The position numbers were made by a program, and so were the translations under genes. From contig CAZGHP010000001.1 in NCBI GenBank assembly GCA_964525455.1, positions 8,766-72,765 on the forward strand: a DNA stretch of 64,000 nt, read 5' to 3'. The notes beneath the pieces are model-generated. The model was not told the origin of the DNA, made no database searches, and saw only the letters and a list, made by a program, of their open reading frames with translations. Positions 45,679 through 57,714 of this stretch are shown here, piece after piece (within the stretch, counting starts at the first letter, position 1; every line of letters starts with the position of its first letter). The DNA is from an uncultured Candidatus Saccharibacteria bacterium (lineage in GTDB: Bacteria; Patescibacteriota; SICC01).

Positions 45679-47976
45679 CTAAGGCGCGCTGACGGTCAGT
45701 GGGAAGTAGATGCCGACGTCCCGGAACCAGGCGGTGCCCTCGATCACGAGATTGAAGTACTCCTTGTAGTTCCCCGGCGCCGGGCTCGCGGTCAGTGGGA
45801 AGGAGAACAGGGCGGTTTCGCCCGGGTCGATCGAGGTGTCCGCGACCGTCGCCAGGGTAGTCAGGTTGGTGACGCGGCCGTCGATGCCGCTGGCACGTCG
45901 GGGTGACAGCCACGGGTCGCTGCCCGAGGTCGTCCGGAACGCGGACGACCGGTCCTTGGGGCGGCTGGTGCCGAGCCGGAGCGGATTGCTTCCGCCGACC
46001 GGCCAGCTTGCCCGCCCTACATTGGTCACCGCCAAGCGGGCGGTCATCGTCGAACCACGAGGAAAGGAGGCAGCGTTTCCGGAAACGTCCTGTTTCTCGT
46101 ACTCATAGGCATGTGGTGGGGCGGTCACCCGGATCGGGAAGTAGATACCGTAGTCCTCAGGCAACCACTGCACGCCATCGAGGACGGGTCGTACGTAAAG
46201 CCGGTAAGTGCCGGGGTCGAGTGTCGGCGGTACGTCAACCGTAAAGCGGAACTCGCCGATTTCGCCGGGATCCACCGTGGTCTCGCCCGGGTCGGTGACG
46301 TTTGCATCGAGGGCAGAGGGACGGGTTTGGGAAATCCAGGGCTCACTGCCGCCCGTGGAGCGGAAGATCGACTGGTGGTCACGGGGCCGATCGGTACCGA
46401 GCCGGAGGTCCCCGCTGACGGGCCAGGATTCCCGGCCGGTATTGCGGAGCCGGAGGACTGCTTGCTGCTCGGTCGTCCCGCTCCCGACCGTGACTGGGGT
46501 GGAAGACTGGGATTCATAGCGGTAGTGGTAACCGCGGTCGAGTACGTTCAGGCCGAACCAGGCGCCGAGGTTCGGCATATGAACCTCACCTTCCACCAGG
46601 GGGTTGAAATACTCCTTGTGGTAACCGGGTTTGTCCGGCGCGGTCACCGTGAACGAGAACGCGCCGATCTCGCCGGTGGTGACTTCGCTGTCCGGGACGA
46701 TGGTTTCGCTGCCCGGGTCGTACCGTCCGTCGAGTCCCGAGGCGCGGTTGCCGGATATCCAGTTTTCCGAGGAGCCGGTGCCGGTCAGGCCTGTCGTCCG
46801 GAACCCACTGGTACGGTCGGTCGGGTTGGCGGTCCCGAGCCGGGTCGGATTACCGCCGCCCGCCGTCCATGGCAGCTCACCGGTATTCCTTACGAAGAGC
46901 TTGAGACTTCGGGTGTCTCCGGGGAGGAGGTTATCCGCGTCGGTTTCCGTCATGTCCGCCGGATCGGAATCCGCGGTAATCCGTTGCCCGACCCACTCGC
47001 CGCGCCAGCCGGGCGGCCGGACGGTCAGCGTGGCGCAGAGCCCCCGGTCCCGCATCCAGACCACGCCTTCGATCATCGGCGCGAAGCATTCCGGCCATCG
47101 CCCGGCGACTTCATGCGATTCGAACGTCGCCCGGAACGTGGCGAGCTGATCGGGCCCGGTGTCGTTCAGGAGTTCGATCCGTTTCGTCCCGACCCAGCCG
47201 TCGGCGCTTCCGCCGTCGGCAAAACCGCTGCCACGGTCCTGCGGACGGATCGTGCCGATCCGCGCCGGGGTGTCGCCGGTGCGCCGCCACGTCTGCTTGC
47301 CGGTATTCCATACCTGGAAGTGCAATTCCGTATCTCCGGTGAACCACATCTCCCGCGCGCCGGCGACCTGATGCGGCACGTAATCATATGCAGCCCGGCG
47401 GGCATTCACGAACGCGGACGGTCCGGTCCACGCCGCACAGCAGGGATACTCATAGCCGTGGATCGAATGGTCATATGAGCCGGTCGAGGCGTTGTATCGG
47501 GCGATCCGGATGCCGAAATGCACGTGCGGATCCCAATTCCCGTTCTGGCCACCGCGCGGTCCGACGGTGCCGATCCTTTGCCCTTTAAGTACGGCTTGTC
47601 CCGCCCTCACCTTGCGATCGTTGCCGAGATGGCCGTACAGGCTGAGCACCTTGCCGCCGGAGGTCGTCGTGTGCTCGATGATGATCAGGTTGCCCCAGCG
47701 GTAGGAGTCCGGCGTGCGGGCGGAATACTTCACCACGCCGTTCCCGGCTGCGAAGACGGCCCGCCCGGCTTGGTGGCAGGAATCCTCAGCGACGTGGTAC
47801 CCCCATCCGGAGACGTACTGCCGGAAGGCGTAGTTCGGTTTGTTGTAGGGAAAGCAGGGAATCTGGTAGCTGGTCGCCGCGGCCTTGGCCTCGCCGCTGC
47901 CCAAGCCGAACAGGCCGAGCATGAGCCCGACACAGAAGACGATTACGCAATATGTGATTTTATGTCGTATCCCCAC
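45679..47976 (-). CDS. Secreted M23 peptidase with 4 NBR1/FW-like Ig repeats (start uncertain, up to 48012)
   Basis: HVAED, SLYGHL, HVHF; repeats NTG..W..RLGT.RP.DR.S.F. Confidence 0.85.
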   Translation of the reverse strand: MGIRHKITYCVIVFCVGLMLGLFGLGSGEAKAAATSYQIPCFPYNKPNYAFRQYVSGWGYHVAEDSCHQAGRAVFAAGNGVVKYSARTPDSYRWGNLIIIEHTTTSGGKVLSLYGHLGNDRKVRAGQAVLKGQRIGTVGPRGGQNGNWDPHVHFGIRIARYNASTGSYDHSIHGYEYPCCAAWTGPSAFVNARRAAYDYVPHQVAGAREMWFTGDTELHFQVWNTGKQTWRRTGDTPARIGTIRPQDRGSGFADGGSADGWVGTKRIELLNDTGPDQLATFRATFESHEVAGRWPECFAPMIEGVVWMRDRGLCATLTVRPPGWRGEWVGQRITADSDPADMTETDADNLLPGDTRSLKLFVRNTGELPWTAGGGNPTRLGTANPTDRTSGFRTTGLTGTGSSENWISGNRASGLDGRYDPGSETIVPDSEVTTGEIGAFSFTVTAPDKPGYHKEYFNPLVEGEVHMPNLGAWFGLNVLDRGYHYRYESQSSTPVTVGSGTTEQQAVLRLRNTGRESWPVSGDLRLGTDRPRDHQSIFRSTGGSEPWISQTRPSALDANVTDPGETTVDPGEIGEFRFTVDVPPTLDPGTYRLYVRPVLDGVQWLPEDYGIYFPIRVTAPPHAYEYEKQDVSGNAASFPRGSTMTARLAVTNVGRASWPVGGSNPLRLGTSRPKDRSSAFRTTSGSDPWLSPRRASGIDGRVTNLTTLATVADTSIDPGETALFSFPLTASPAPGNYKEYFNLVIEGTAWFRDVGIYFPLTVSAP

Positions 47977-48030
47977 TACCTCCGTAGTATCAAATCGCCG
48001 CCGGTACTGCAAAAAGGCGAGTATTCGCCG

Positions 48031-50793
48031 CTACGACCCGGGAGTCGGCGAGGGAGACCCGGACGTGCCGGCTGACGATGTGACGTTCAAGGGAATGAAC
48101 AACGCATGGTCGGGGAACCACGCTACGCCTTCCTGGACGAGCGAGAAATATTCCTGGTGGCTGCCGACCTGCGCGGCCGTCAGGGTAAAGCGGAAGAGCG
48201 CGACCTCGCCCGGCTTGATCTCGTCGGCCGGAACCATCGCCAGGGTGGCGAGGTCCGTCACCTTGCCGTCGATGCCGCTGGCACGGTTGGTGGCCGACCA
48301 CGGGTCGCTGCCGGCAGTGGTACCGAACGCGGAGCCGCGGTCCTGCGGACGGGCCGTCCCTAGCTTGACGGTGTTCGCACCCGTGACCGGCCAGGCGTAA
48401 CGCCCGGTGTTGCGGACGGCGACCCGTACCTCGACCTGGTCGTCCAGTGACAACTGTCCGGGATCCCGGGAGTAGCGCTTGTCCAGGACCTCGTAATCAT
48501 AGTTCGCCGAGGTGATCGTCACCGGCAGGTAGATGCCGAGGTCCGGCAACCAGGTCCTGCCCTCCTGCACGAGATTGAAGTATTCTTTGTAGCTTCCCGG
48601 ATTGAGTGACGGGTCGACCTTGAGCGGCACCGTGAACTGCGCGACTTCGCCCTGCTTGATCTCATCCGCGGGCTGGACTTGGTCGCTCGCACCCACCTTG
48701 CCGCCGATCTGTGCGGCACGGTTCGCACTGAGCCAGCCGGTGCCATCCTCGAGCACCGCGAAGCCGGAGGGCCGGTCTTGCGGACGGAACGTCCCGAGCC
48801 GGACCGCGTTGTTGCCGTTTACCGGCCACGCGGTCTGTCCGAGGTTCTTCACCCGGAGGACTGCCTCGATCACGTCGCCGTACTTGGCGTCGGACGGGTC
48901 TTCGGAGTAATGCTGCTCGACCACGGCATAGTCGTATGCCGGCGATTCCACTTTCACGGGTACGTACATGCCGTAATCCTCGGGGAACCAGCCTTCGCCT
49001 TCCGCGACCGGCCGGAAATACTCCTGATAGCCTCCGTCCGGCTTGGTCTTGCTCTCGACCGCGAAGTCGAAACGGGCGACTTGGCCGGGGTCCACTGCAT
49101 CTTCGCCCGGCGCATCCGCGACGTCGTCGATCGTGCTGGCGCGATTCGGCGCGACCCAGTCGTCTCCCCGGAACGCCGAACTGCGGTCACGGGCGCGGTC
49201 GGTGCCGAGCCGGACGTTGCCCCCGACCTGCCACGGCTTTTGGCCGGTGTTCCGGAGGTACAGTCGTGCCGTGGCATCACCACCTTCGAAAGCGACCGGA
49301 TCCGGGTTCTCCTGCTTGACCCATGCGTAATGGTAGCCGCCCGGCAGTACCCGTAGCGAGAAGTACATTCCGAGGTCGTTCAACCAGCGGTCGCCCTCGA
49401 GTACCGGCCGGAAGTATTCCTTGTAAGTGCCGGGCTTGCTCGGTGCCTTGATCGTGAAGGAGAAGACCGCGATTTCGCCCGGATCGATCTTCGGGTCGGC
49501 GAGGACTTGGTTACTGGATGGGTCGAGCCGCCCGTTCAGCCCGGACGGGCGGCTGGCACTGATCCAGCTCTCGCCGCTCGGTACCCCGTCACGCGACGTG
49601 GTCGCGAAACCGCTCCGCCGGTCGCGTGCCCGGTCGGTAGCAAGTCGGAGCGGGGATGACCCGCCGCTGTGCCACGCGAAGTCGCCAGTATTCTTGATGT
49701 AAGCTTTCAGGTTGATTTTCCTGCCGCCCGCGAGGTAATCATCCTGGTCGGTGGTCGCTCGGGAGGTCGGCGACAGTTCGAGGTGGGCGCTCTGGCCGTG
49801 CCACTGCGCCCGATACGTGTAGCCCTGCACCTTGATGCCGGCGTAGATTCCGATATCGTGCATCCAGCCGACGCCCTCCACCACCGGCGTGAAGTACTCG
49901 CGGTGGCTTCCCGGGCCGACGTGGCTGTTGTTGAACCGTGCCCGGAAGACTCCAATGTGCCCCGGAGGTGTGTCGGATTGCAGCGCGATCCGGTTGGGGG
50001 AATGCCAGCCATGTCCGCCCATGCCCTTGGAGAACGTGCTGTTCCGGTCGCGCGGCCGTGAGGTGCCGAGCCGGACGGCATTCTCGCCGTTGGCCTGCCA
50101 GGTCACCTGCCCGGTGTTCTTCAGGCGGAACTCGACATAATGTTCTTCCGTCTTCGCCCGGGTGCCGCCGCCACTCTGGCCGACGTACTGGTAACTGTAG
50201 TAGTTCTGCCGGGACGTAATGTAGCGGCTGGGGTGCGCGTAGCTTCCCAGTTTACTCGCCGGCTCATAACCATGGATCGCCGACCAGTAGGTACCGGTGG
50301 CTGCCCCGTACGCACCAAGCCGGACCGCGAAGTGGAGGTGGTCTCCCCAGCGTCCGTTCTCCCGGGTATTGCTCGGCCCGATCGCGCCAATGTGCTGCCC
50401 CTTGCTGACCCGCTGGCCGGCACTGACGCGGCGGTTATTGCTCAGGTGTCCGTACAGGCTGGTGGCCTTCGAGCCGTCCGGATTGGTGTGCTGGATCATG
50501 ATCAAGTTGCCCCATCGCCAGGAATCCGGCGTCAGGGCGGAGTAGACCACGGTACCGTCGGCGATCGCATGGACCGGCGTGCCGGCGCTGCAGCCGATGT
50601 CCTGGCCGGCGTGGTAGCCCCAGCCGGAGACGTATTGGCCGAAATTATAGCCGGAAAGCTGGTACGGACTGCAGGGGTACTGGTAGCTGGTGGCAGCAGC
50701 CTCGGCGCGTGCGGGGCTGCCGACGATACCGACCAGAACGGCGGCGACCGCAGTGATTCCAATCAAAAGCCTGGCTGTGTAGCTGCTGTGCAT
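48031..50793 (-). CDS. Secreted M23 peptidase with 5 NBR1/FW-like Ig repeats
   Basis: HAGQD, SLYGHL, HLHF; same repeat motif; paralog of downstream gene. Confidence 0.88.
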   Translation of the reverse strand: MHSSYTARLLIGITAVAAVLVGIVGSPARAEAAATSYQYPCSPYQLSGYNFGQYVSGWGYHAGQDIGCSAGTPVHAIADGTVVYSALTPDSWRWGNLIMIQHTNPDGSKATSLYGHLSNNRRVSAGQRVSKGQHIGAIGPSNTRENGRWGDHLHFAVRLGAYGAATGTYWSAIHGYEPASKLGSYAHPSRYITSRQNYYSYQYVGQSGGGTRAKTEEHYVEFRLKNTGQVTWQANGENAVRLGTSRPRDRNSTFSKGMGGHGWHSPNRIALQSDTPPGHIGVFRARFNNSHVGPGSHREYFTPVVEGVGWMHDIGIYAGIKVQGYTYRAQWHGQSAHLELSPTSRATTDQDDYLAGGRKINLKAYIKNTGDFAWHSGGSSPLRLATDRARDRRSGFATTSRDGVPSGESWISASRPSGLNGRLDPSSNQVLADPKIDPGEIAVFSFTIKAPSKPGTYKEYFRPVLEGDRWLNDLGMYFSLRVLPGGYHYAWVKQENPDPVAFEGGDATARLYLRNTGQKPWQVGGNVRLGTDRARDRSSAFRGDDWVAPNRASTIDDVADAPGEDAVDPGQVARFDFAVESKTKPDGGYQEYFRPVAEGEGWFPEDYGMYVPVKVESPAYDYAVVEQHYSEDPSDAKYGDVIEAVLRVKNLGQTAWPVNGNNAVRLGTFRPQDRPSGFAVLEDGTGWLSANRAAQIGGKVGASDQVQPADEIKQGEVAQFTVPLKVDPSLNPGSYKEYFNLVQEGRTWLPDLGIYLPVTITSANYDYEVLDKRYSRDPGQLSLDDQVEVRVAVRNTGRYAWPVTGANTVKLGTARPQDRGSAFGTTAGSDPWSATNRASGIDGKVTDLATLAMVPADEIKPGEVALFRFTLTAAQVGSHQEYFSLVQEGVAWFPDHALFIPLNVTSSAGTSGSPSPTPGS

Positions 50794-50825
50794 TTGTGTA
50801 TTCCGCGAACCCCAAAAATTGTGTT

Positions 50826-50854
50826 ATCTTAGCAAAAAAAGGATGCTTTGTCAA
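50826..50854 (-). promoter_or_regulatory. sigma70 promoter for the M23 gene
   Basis: TTGACA-N17-TAAGAT on minus strand. Confidence 0.7.
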
Positions 50855-51290
50855 GTGTTTTTGGCTCATTTAAGCGGTTTTTAAACCAGCCCGTACATTG
50901 CGGGGAACAAAACAGAGCCCCGGCGCACGCGCCAAGGCCCTGTTTCCCTCTCGGGGTTTTTTTGTTGACGGTCCCTAGGAACCGATAAATGCCACAGACG
51001 GATCAATCCGCCGTGTTTTTGTTTTCATTACCAGTCTACGCCCCGGGTCGTATTACCGGAAATAATCCGCCAACTAAAAAGTGACTTAGTTAAGGAATAA
51101 ATGCTTTACTTCATACATCCCGGATTTTCCATATCGGTCGTGGATGGGGAAAACCCGCACCTTTCAAATTTCTCGCCCTGCTGTCAAGTGCCGAAGCGGG
51201 GTGCCGGTCATATCTTGTGCACGGTTGCTTCGGGGCCGGTACGGCCCGCGCCCGTTCGGCTGGCTCCCGCAGGCCGGGTACACTGAGGGC

Positions 51291-52400
51291 ATGCTCCCGT
51301 CCGCCGCCCTTTGGCTCGCTCCGCTGCTGGCGTTTACCGCCGCGATCTTGCTGACCCCGCTGGTCGGCCGGTTTGCCCGGCGCGTCGGCATCGTCGACCG
51401 GCCGGGTGGACGGCGGATCCACCGCAGCGTGACGCCCCGCCTCGGCGGTGCCGCGGTCCTCGGTGCGTTCTTCGTCGGATTCTTCGTCTTCTTTCCGGAA
51501 CTCGCGCCGAACTTCCGGCCCGGGCAGCTCCTCGTATTCTCCCTGACGGCCCTGTTCCTGTTGGCAGCCGGTTTCGTCGACGACTGGCGCGGCCTGCCGC
51601 CGGTCGTGCAGTTGGGAACGCATGTCCTTGCCGGGCTTTCGCTGGCTGCGGCCGGGATGGCGATCGAGGAAGTCACGAACCCGTTCGGCGGCAAGATCCC
51701 ACTTGACCAGTTCCAGTTCGTGCCGCCGTTCGATGTCGGGGGGCGGACGCTGAACCTGCCGGCGGACCTGATCACCGTGGTATGGGTGGTGCTGGTGATC
51801 AATGCGATCAACTGGCTCGACGGTCTCGACGGGCTGGCGGCCGGGGTCGGTGGGATCGCGGCCCTGACCGTCGCGCTGCTTTCGCTTTCCGCGGTGGTCG
51901 GCCAACCGCACGTCGCGCTGCTGGCCCTGCTGCTGGCCGGTAGCCTGGCCGGGTTCCTGCTCTATAATTTCCATCCCGCCCGGATCTTCCTCGGCACGAT
52001 CGGTTCGACGTTCACCGGGTATGTACTGGCGACGCTGGCCGTGATCTCCGGCGGCAAGGTCGCGACCGCGTTCCTGGTGCTCGGGTTCCCGATCCTCGAC
52101 GCGTTGACCATCGTCATCCGCCGGATGGCCGTCGGCGCCGCTCCCTGGCAGGCCGACACCCGGCACCTCCACCATCTCCTGCTCCAGCGCGGCTTCAGCG
52201 TGCGCCGGGCGGTCCTGTTCCTATATGGTATTTCCGCGGTCTTCGGCGTGACGGCGCTCCTGGCCGGCACCACGAGGCGCAAGGTCCTGATGGCGGCGTT
52301 ACTGGTCCTGTTGCTCGGCGGGTTGCTCCTTTGGCTGAGCCGGACCGCGCTCATCCCGCGGGAGCCCCCTACAGGGAGCGGCAGGAAGACGGTAAGCTGA
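51291..52400 (+). CDS. WecA/TagO/MraY-family undecaprenyl-phosphate HexNAc-1-P transferase
   Basis: RIH..PRLGG, GFVDD, NAINWLDGLDGL, NFHPARIFLG, HLHH. Confidence 0.93.
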   Translation: MLPSAALWLAPLLAFTAAILLTPLVGRFARRVGIVDRPGGRRIHRSVTPRLGGAAVLGAFFVGFFVFFPELAPNFRPGQLLVFSLTALFLLAAGFVDDWRGLPPVVQLGTHVLAGLSLAAAGMAIEEVTNPFGGKIPLDQFQFVPPFDVGGRTLNLPADLITVVWVVLVINAINWLDGLDGLAAGVGGIAALTVALLSLSAVVGQPHVALLALLLAGSLAGFLLYNFHPARIFLGTIGSTFTGYVLATLAVISGGKVATAFLVLGFPILDALTIVIRRMAVGAAPWQADTRHLHHLLLQRGFSVRRAVLFLYGISAVFGVTALLAGTTRRKVLMAALLVLLLGGLLLWLSRTALIPREPPTGSGRKTVS

Positions 52401-52406
52401 AGACCT

Positions 52407-52658
52407 ATGGCCAAGAAACTTACGGCAAACAAAGGATTCTGGATTGGTGTCTCGCTATTGGCGCAGGTCACGGCGTTGCTCGCACTGACCGCGCTCGCCG
52501 GTTATGTGATCGACACGTCGTTCGACACGGCGCCGTTCGGACTGGCCGGCACCGTCATTATCGGGAGCGTTACCGCGACCATCGTGGTCGTCCGGGAGGT
52601 CTATAAGCTTTCCGCGGACATCAGTAGCGACGCGGACGGGAAGAACCGGAAGCGCTGA
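52407..52658 (+). CDS. AtpZ/AtpI family protein
   Basis: GYVID..F.TAP motif, precedes atpB. Confidence 0.75.
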   Translation: MAKKLTANKGFWIGVSLLAQVTALLALTALAGYVIDTSFDTAPFGLAGTVIIGSVTATIVVVREVYKLSADISSDADGKNRKR

Positions 52659-53452
52659 TGGCCGTCGAACTCCACACGCCGGCGCTTCACGCCGAGCCGC
52701 TCTTCGAACTTTGGGGAATACCGATTACCAACAGTATCCTCGGGACCTGGCTCGCGATGGCCTTGTTGCTAGTGTTCCTGGGGCTTGCCACCCGCAGGCT
52801 CCGGACGGTACCACGCGGCAGCCAGAGCCTGCTGGAGATCCTGTACGAGCAATTGTCCGGCATCGTGAACACGGTGATGGACAACGAGCGACTGGCCCGG
52901 CGCTTCACGCCGCTGATCGTGACCGTATTCCTCTTCGTCCTGTTCTCGAACTGGGTCGGCTTGCTGCCCGGTTTCGGCACGGTCGGCGGGCATGACGCCC
53001 ACGGTGAATTCGTACCACTGCTGCGGGCCGGGTCGGCGGACCTCAACCTGACGTTCGCGATCGCGGGTGTCGCCTTTATCGTGGTACAGACGACCGGCAT
53101 CGTCGTGGTCGGCCTCTTCAAATACTTCGGCAAGTTCGTCAACCTGAGCCACCTGTTCAAACGCCCGTTCAAGGCCAGGAACCTCCTGATGGTCATCCCC
53201 ACGTTCCTACTCGGTCTCACCGAACTGATCTCGGAAATCGCCAAGTTCATCGCGTTGTCCTTCCGGCTTTTCGGCAACATCTACGCGGGCGAGGTACTGC
53301 TCGTCGTCTTCGGGACGCTCCTGCCGGTGTTCATCCCGCTTTCCGCGCCGTTCTATCTGCTGGAGATCTTCGTGGGACTGATTCAGGCGTTCGTCTTTGC
53401 TATGCTGACTATTGTGTTCATCAAGATCGCGTCGCTGGCGCATGACCATTGA
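52658..53452 (+). CDS. atpB: ATP synthase subunit a
   Basis: SNWVGLLPG, LSFRLFGNIYAGE, IQAFVF. Confidence 0.97.
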   Translation: MAVELHTPALHAEPLFELWGIPITNSILGTWLAMALLLVFLGLATRRLRTVPRGSQSLLEILYEQLSGIVNTVMDNERLARRFTPLIVTVFLFVLFSNWVGLLPGFGTVGGHDAHGEFVPLLRAGSADLNLTFAIAGVAFIVVQTTGIVVVGLFKYFGKFVNLSHLFKRPFKARNLLMVIPTFLLGLTELISEIAKFIALSFRLFGNIYAGEVLLVVFGTLLPVFIPLSAPFYLLEIFVGLIQAFVFAMLTIVFIKIASLAHDH

Positions 53453-53477
53453 ACCGACGAAACGAGTAATTAACTAA

Positions 53478-53705
<228 letters not shown>

Positions 53706-53710
53706 CTTCC

Positions 53711-53821
53711 CCGTGCGTCCGGCCGCGCGGATTCACCGTGAACACGCCGCCGGATATGCCTGAGATCGGATTGCACATTTGGCTTGTCGGTAACAGCGTG
53801 TTCCCCAGTGAACCCGCACGG
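53711..53821 (+). other. Long nested stem-loop between atpE and atpF
   Basis: CCGTGCG/CGCACGG, TTCAC/GTGAA, GAACACGC/GCGTGTTC. Confidence 0.6.
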
Positions 53822-53846
53822 CATCATCACACGAGATACGTAAGCA

Positions 53847-54392
53847 ATGGAGATACTTGAACAGTTCGGGATCGAAGGAAAACTGCTGCTGGTACAGTTC
53901 GTTAACTTTGCGATCCTGTTACTGGTCATCTGGAAGTTCATCCTGCCGCGGCTGACCACGCTGATGCGCGACCGGGAGCGGCAAGTATCCGATTCGCTGA
54001 AACAGGCCGAGCAGGCCCGGAAGGACCTGGCGGCGGCGGAAGCGAAGCGCGCCGAGGAACGGGAAGAAGCCCGCGCCGAGGCGGAGCGGATTGTCGCCGA
54101 AGCCAAGGATATCGCCACCGGCTCCGCCCGGAAGATCCTCGAAGAAGCCCGCCGGGATGCGGCCGCGCTCCGCGGCCGGACCGAGGCGGCGCTCGGCCAG
54201 GAACGCGAGGCGCTTCGCAGCGAATTGCACCGGGAGCTCGCCGTGCTGACCGTCGAGACGACCCGCAAGGTCCTGACCGACGTGGTGAAGCCCGCAGACC
54301 AGAAGCGGCTGGTCACGGCCGCGGAGCGCTATTTGGCGAAGCAAGCCAAGCCGGCGCACGCGAAGAAACCGGCCGGGAGGAAGCGTGGCTGA
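53847..54392 (+). CDS. atpF: ATP synthase subunit b
   Basis: QFVNFAILL TM then coiled coil. Confidence 0.93.
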   Translation: MEILEQFGIEGKLLLVQFVNFAILLLVIWKFILPRLTTLMRDRERQVSDSLKQAEQARKDLAAAEAKRAEEREEARAEAERIVAEAKDIATGSARKILEEARRDAAALRGRTEAALGQEREALRSELHRELAVLTVETTRKVLTDVVKPADQKRLVTAAERYLAKQAKPAHAKKPAGRKRG

Positions 54393-54899
54393 GCTCGGGG
54401 CATACGCCGGGGGCTTGCGCCAGGCCGTGGCCGATCCGGCCGCCGCGTGGCGGGAACTTGCCGGACTATCGGAAGCACTGGCCACGGAACCCGAGCTCAA
54501 GCGGGGCCTGATCGACGCCGCCGCCCGCCGGGAGCCGGCCCGCGGCAAACGCCTGGCGGCGTTGCTGCGGCCCTGCAGCCGTCCCGTCACGAAGCTCGTG
54601 GAACTGCTCCTCGCCGAACAGAAGATAGGCGCGGTCCGGGAACTGGCCGACGCGTTCGCCCGGAAACTGGCTGGCGAAGGGTTCGTACGAGTGCACTTGG
54701 AAACGCCGGAACCGCTCACCGCCTCGGCGGAACGGGGCATCCTGCGTTCGCTCAAGGTCGACCCCCGCCGTGCTTTGGTAACCCATGGACGGAACGAACG
54801 GCTGCTCGGGGGCGTCCGGGCCACCGTGGACGGCCGCGCGATCGACGCGAGCCTCGGCGGTCGGCTCGACCGCGTGGCTGAAGCGATAGGAGGTGCCAT

Positions 54900-54903
<4 letters not shown>
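54385..54903 (+). CDS. atpH: ATP synthase subunit delta (divergent)
   Basis: Position; YA..L; LLGGV...DG..IDAS. Confidence 0.8.
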
Positions 54904-56399
<1,496 letters not shown>

Positions 56400-56400
56400 C

Positions 56401-57246
56401 ATGCCGAATACCCGCGACATCAAGCGGCGGCTCGGCTCGATCGACAACATCCGGCAGATTACCCGGGCGATGGAGATGGTGGCCGCGACCAAGATGCGCC
56501 GCGCGCAGGACGGCGTGCTGGCCGCGCGCGCGTACGGCGAGAAAGCCCGCGAGCTCCTCACCGCGGTAGCGGCGGAGGACGTGGGTCATGACCAGCCGTT
56601 ACTCGTACGCCGGCCGGTCAAGCGGACCGCCGTGGTCCTGATCTCGACCGACCGCGGGCTTTGCGGAGCGCTCAATACGAACGTGCTCAAGGCCGGCCTC
56701 ACCGCGGCCGGTTCACCCGGTCAGGCGAGCTTCATCACCGTCGGCCGGAAGGCGGAACAGGCCCTGGCGGCCCGGCGCCTCCCACTGGCGGCTAGCTTTA
56801 TGGGGCTGCTCGACACGCCGCGCTACGAGGAAGTGCTGCCGATCGCGGAACTCCTGATCAGCGAATTCACGAAAGGTACGTTCGACGCGATCGACCTGGT
56901 GTACCCGCGGTTCGTCTCGACGCTCCGGAACGAGCCGGTCACAGAGCGGCTGCTGCCGTCCGACCTGCCGGAACGGGAATCGGGATCCGCGGCGCTTCTC
57001 AGCTTCGAACCGAGTGCCGAAGAGGTGCTCTCCGCGCTGCTCCCGCGCCTGATCGAGATCAGCCTGTTCACGGCCCTGCTCGAGACCAAGGCCTCGGAGC
57101 ATTCCGCCCGCATGCTCGCGATGCGAAACGCCACCGGCAACGCCGAGGACCTGCTCGAAGGGCTCCAGCTTTCGTACAACCGCGCCCGCCAGCAGGTGAT
57201 CACCACCGAGATCGCGGAGATCGCCGCGGCATCCGCGGCGAAATAA
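56401..57246 (+). CDS. atpG: ATP synthase subunit gamma
   Basis: ITRAMEMVA, DRGLCG, SEHSARM.AM.NAT, RQ..IT.EI.EI. Confidence 0.97.
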   Translation: MPNTRDIKRRLGSIDNIRQITRAMEMVAATKMRRAQDGVLAARAYGEKARELLTAVAAEDVGHDQPLLVRRPVKRTAVVLISTDRGLCGALNTNVLKAGLTAAGSPGQASFITVGRKAEQALAARRLPLAASFMGLLDTPRYEEVLPIAELLISEFTKGTFDAIDLVYPRFVSTLRNEPVTERLLPSDLPERESGSAALLSFEPSAEEVLSALLPRLIEISLFTALLETKASEHSARMLAMRNATGNAEDLLEGLQLSYNRARQQVITTEIAEIAAASAAK

Positions 57247-57251
57247 GCTTC

Positions 57252-57353
57252 TTGACGCTCCACGCCCAGCGGGTACGATGAGCCCGAGGGGCCTCATCAC
57301 GCGCCTCGATTAGACATAAAAGCATTGACGGAAAGGTTCTCGTGCGCTACAAT
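57252..57353 (+). promoter_or_regulatory. Tandem sigma70 promoters directly after atpG
   Basis: TTGACG-N16-TACGAT and TTGACG-N17-TACAAT. Confidence 0.6.
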
Positions 57354-57375
57354 GCCTCAACCTGAGGAACCACCC

Positions 57376-57714
57376 ATGAACAGTTACCAGCTCCAAGAGC
57401 TCATCAAAAACGTGCAGACCATGATGCGTTGCCCCAGTTGTGGCGCGAATTATGGCGAGAATCACATCCATTTCCTCGGCCAGCTCGACATGGCTGCGCT
57501 GATCCAGCTCGACTGTGAGAGCTGCGGTTTGCCGGTGATGGCGACGATCGTGGTGTCCAATGGCAAGGAACAGGCCCCGAAACTGCTCTCCGACATCAGC
57601 AAGGAAGATCTCAAGGGCAAGCATGCCAAGGAACCTGTCACCGGCGACCACGTGGTCGACACGCACCAGTTCCTGAAGGACTTCGACGGGAACTTCGAGA
57701 AGTTCTTCAAGTAA
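57376..57714 (+). CDS. Zinc-ribbon hypothetical protein
   Basis: CPSC..CESC; C-terminal H.FLKDFDGNF. Confidence 0.8.
   Translation: MNSYQLQELIKNVQTMMRCPSCGANYGENHIHFLGQLDMAALIQLDCESCGLPVMATIVVSNGKEQAPKLLSDISKEDLKGKHAKEPVTGDHVVDTHQFLKDFDGNFEKFFK

Noticed and set aside
51085-51112. dif site or oriC in the AT-rich intergenic region
   Set aside because: Only a weak palindrome; no TTATGTTAAAT-like XerD arm and no DnaA-box cluster.
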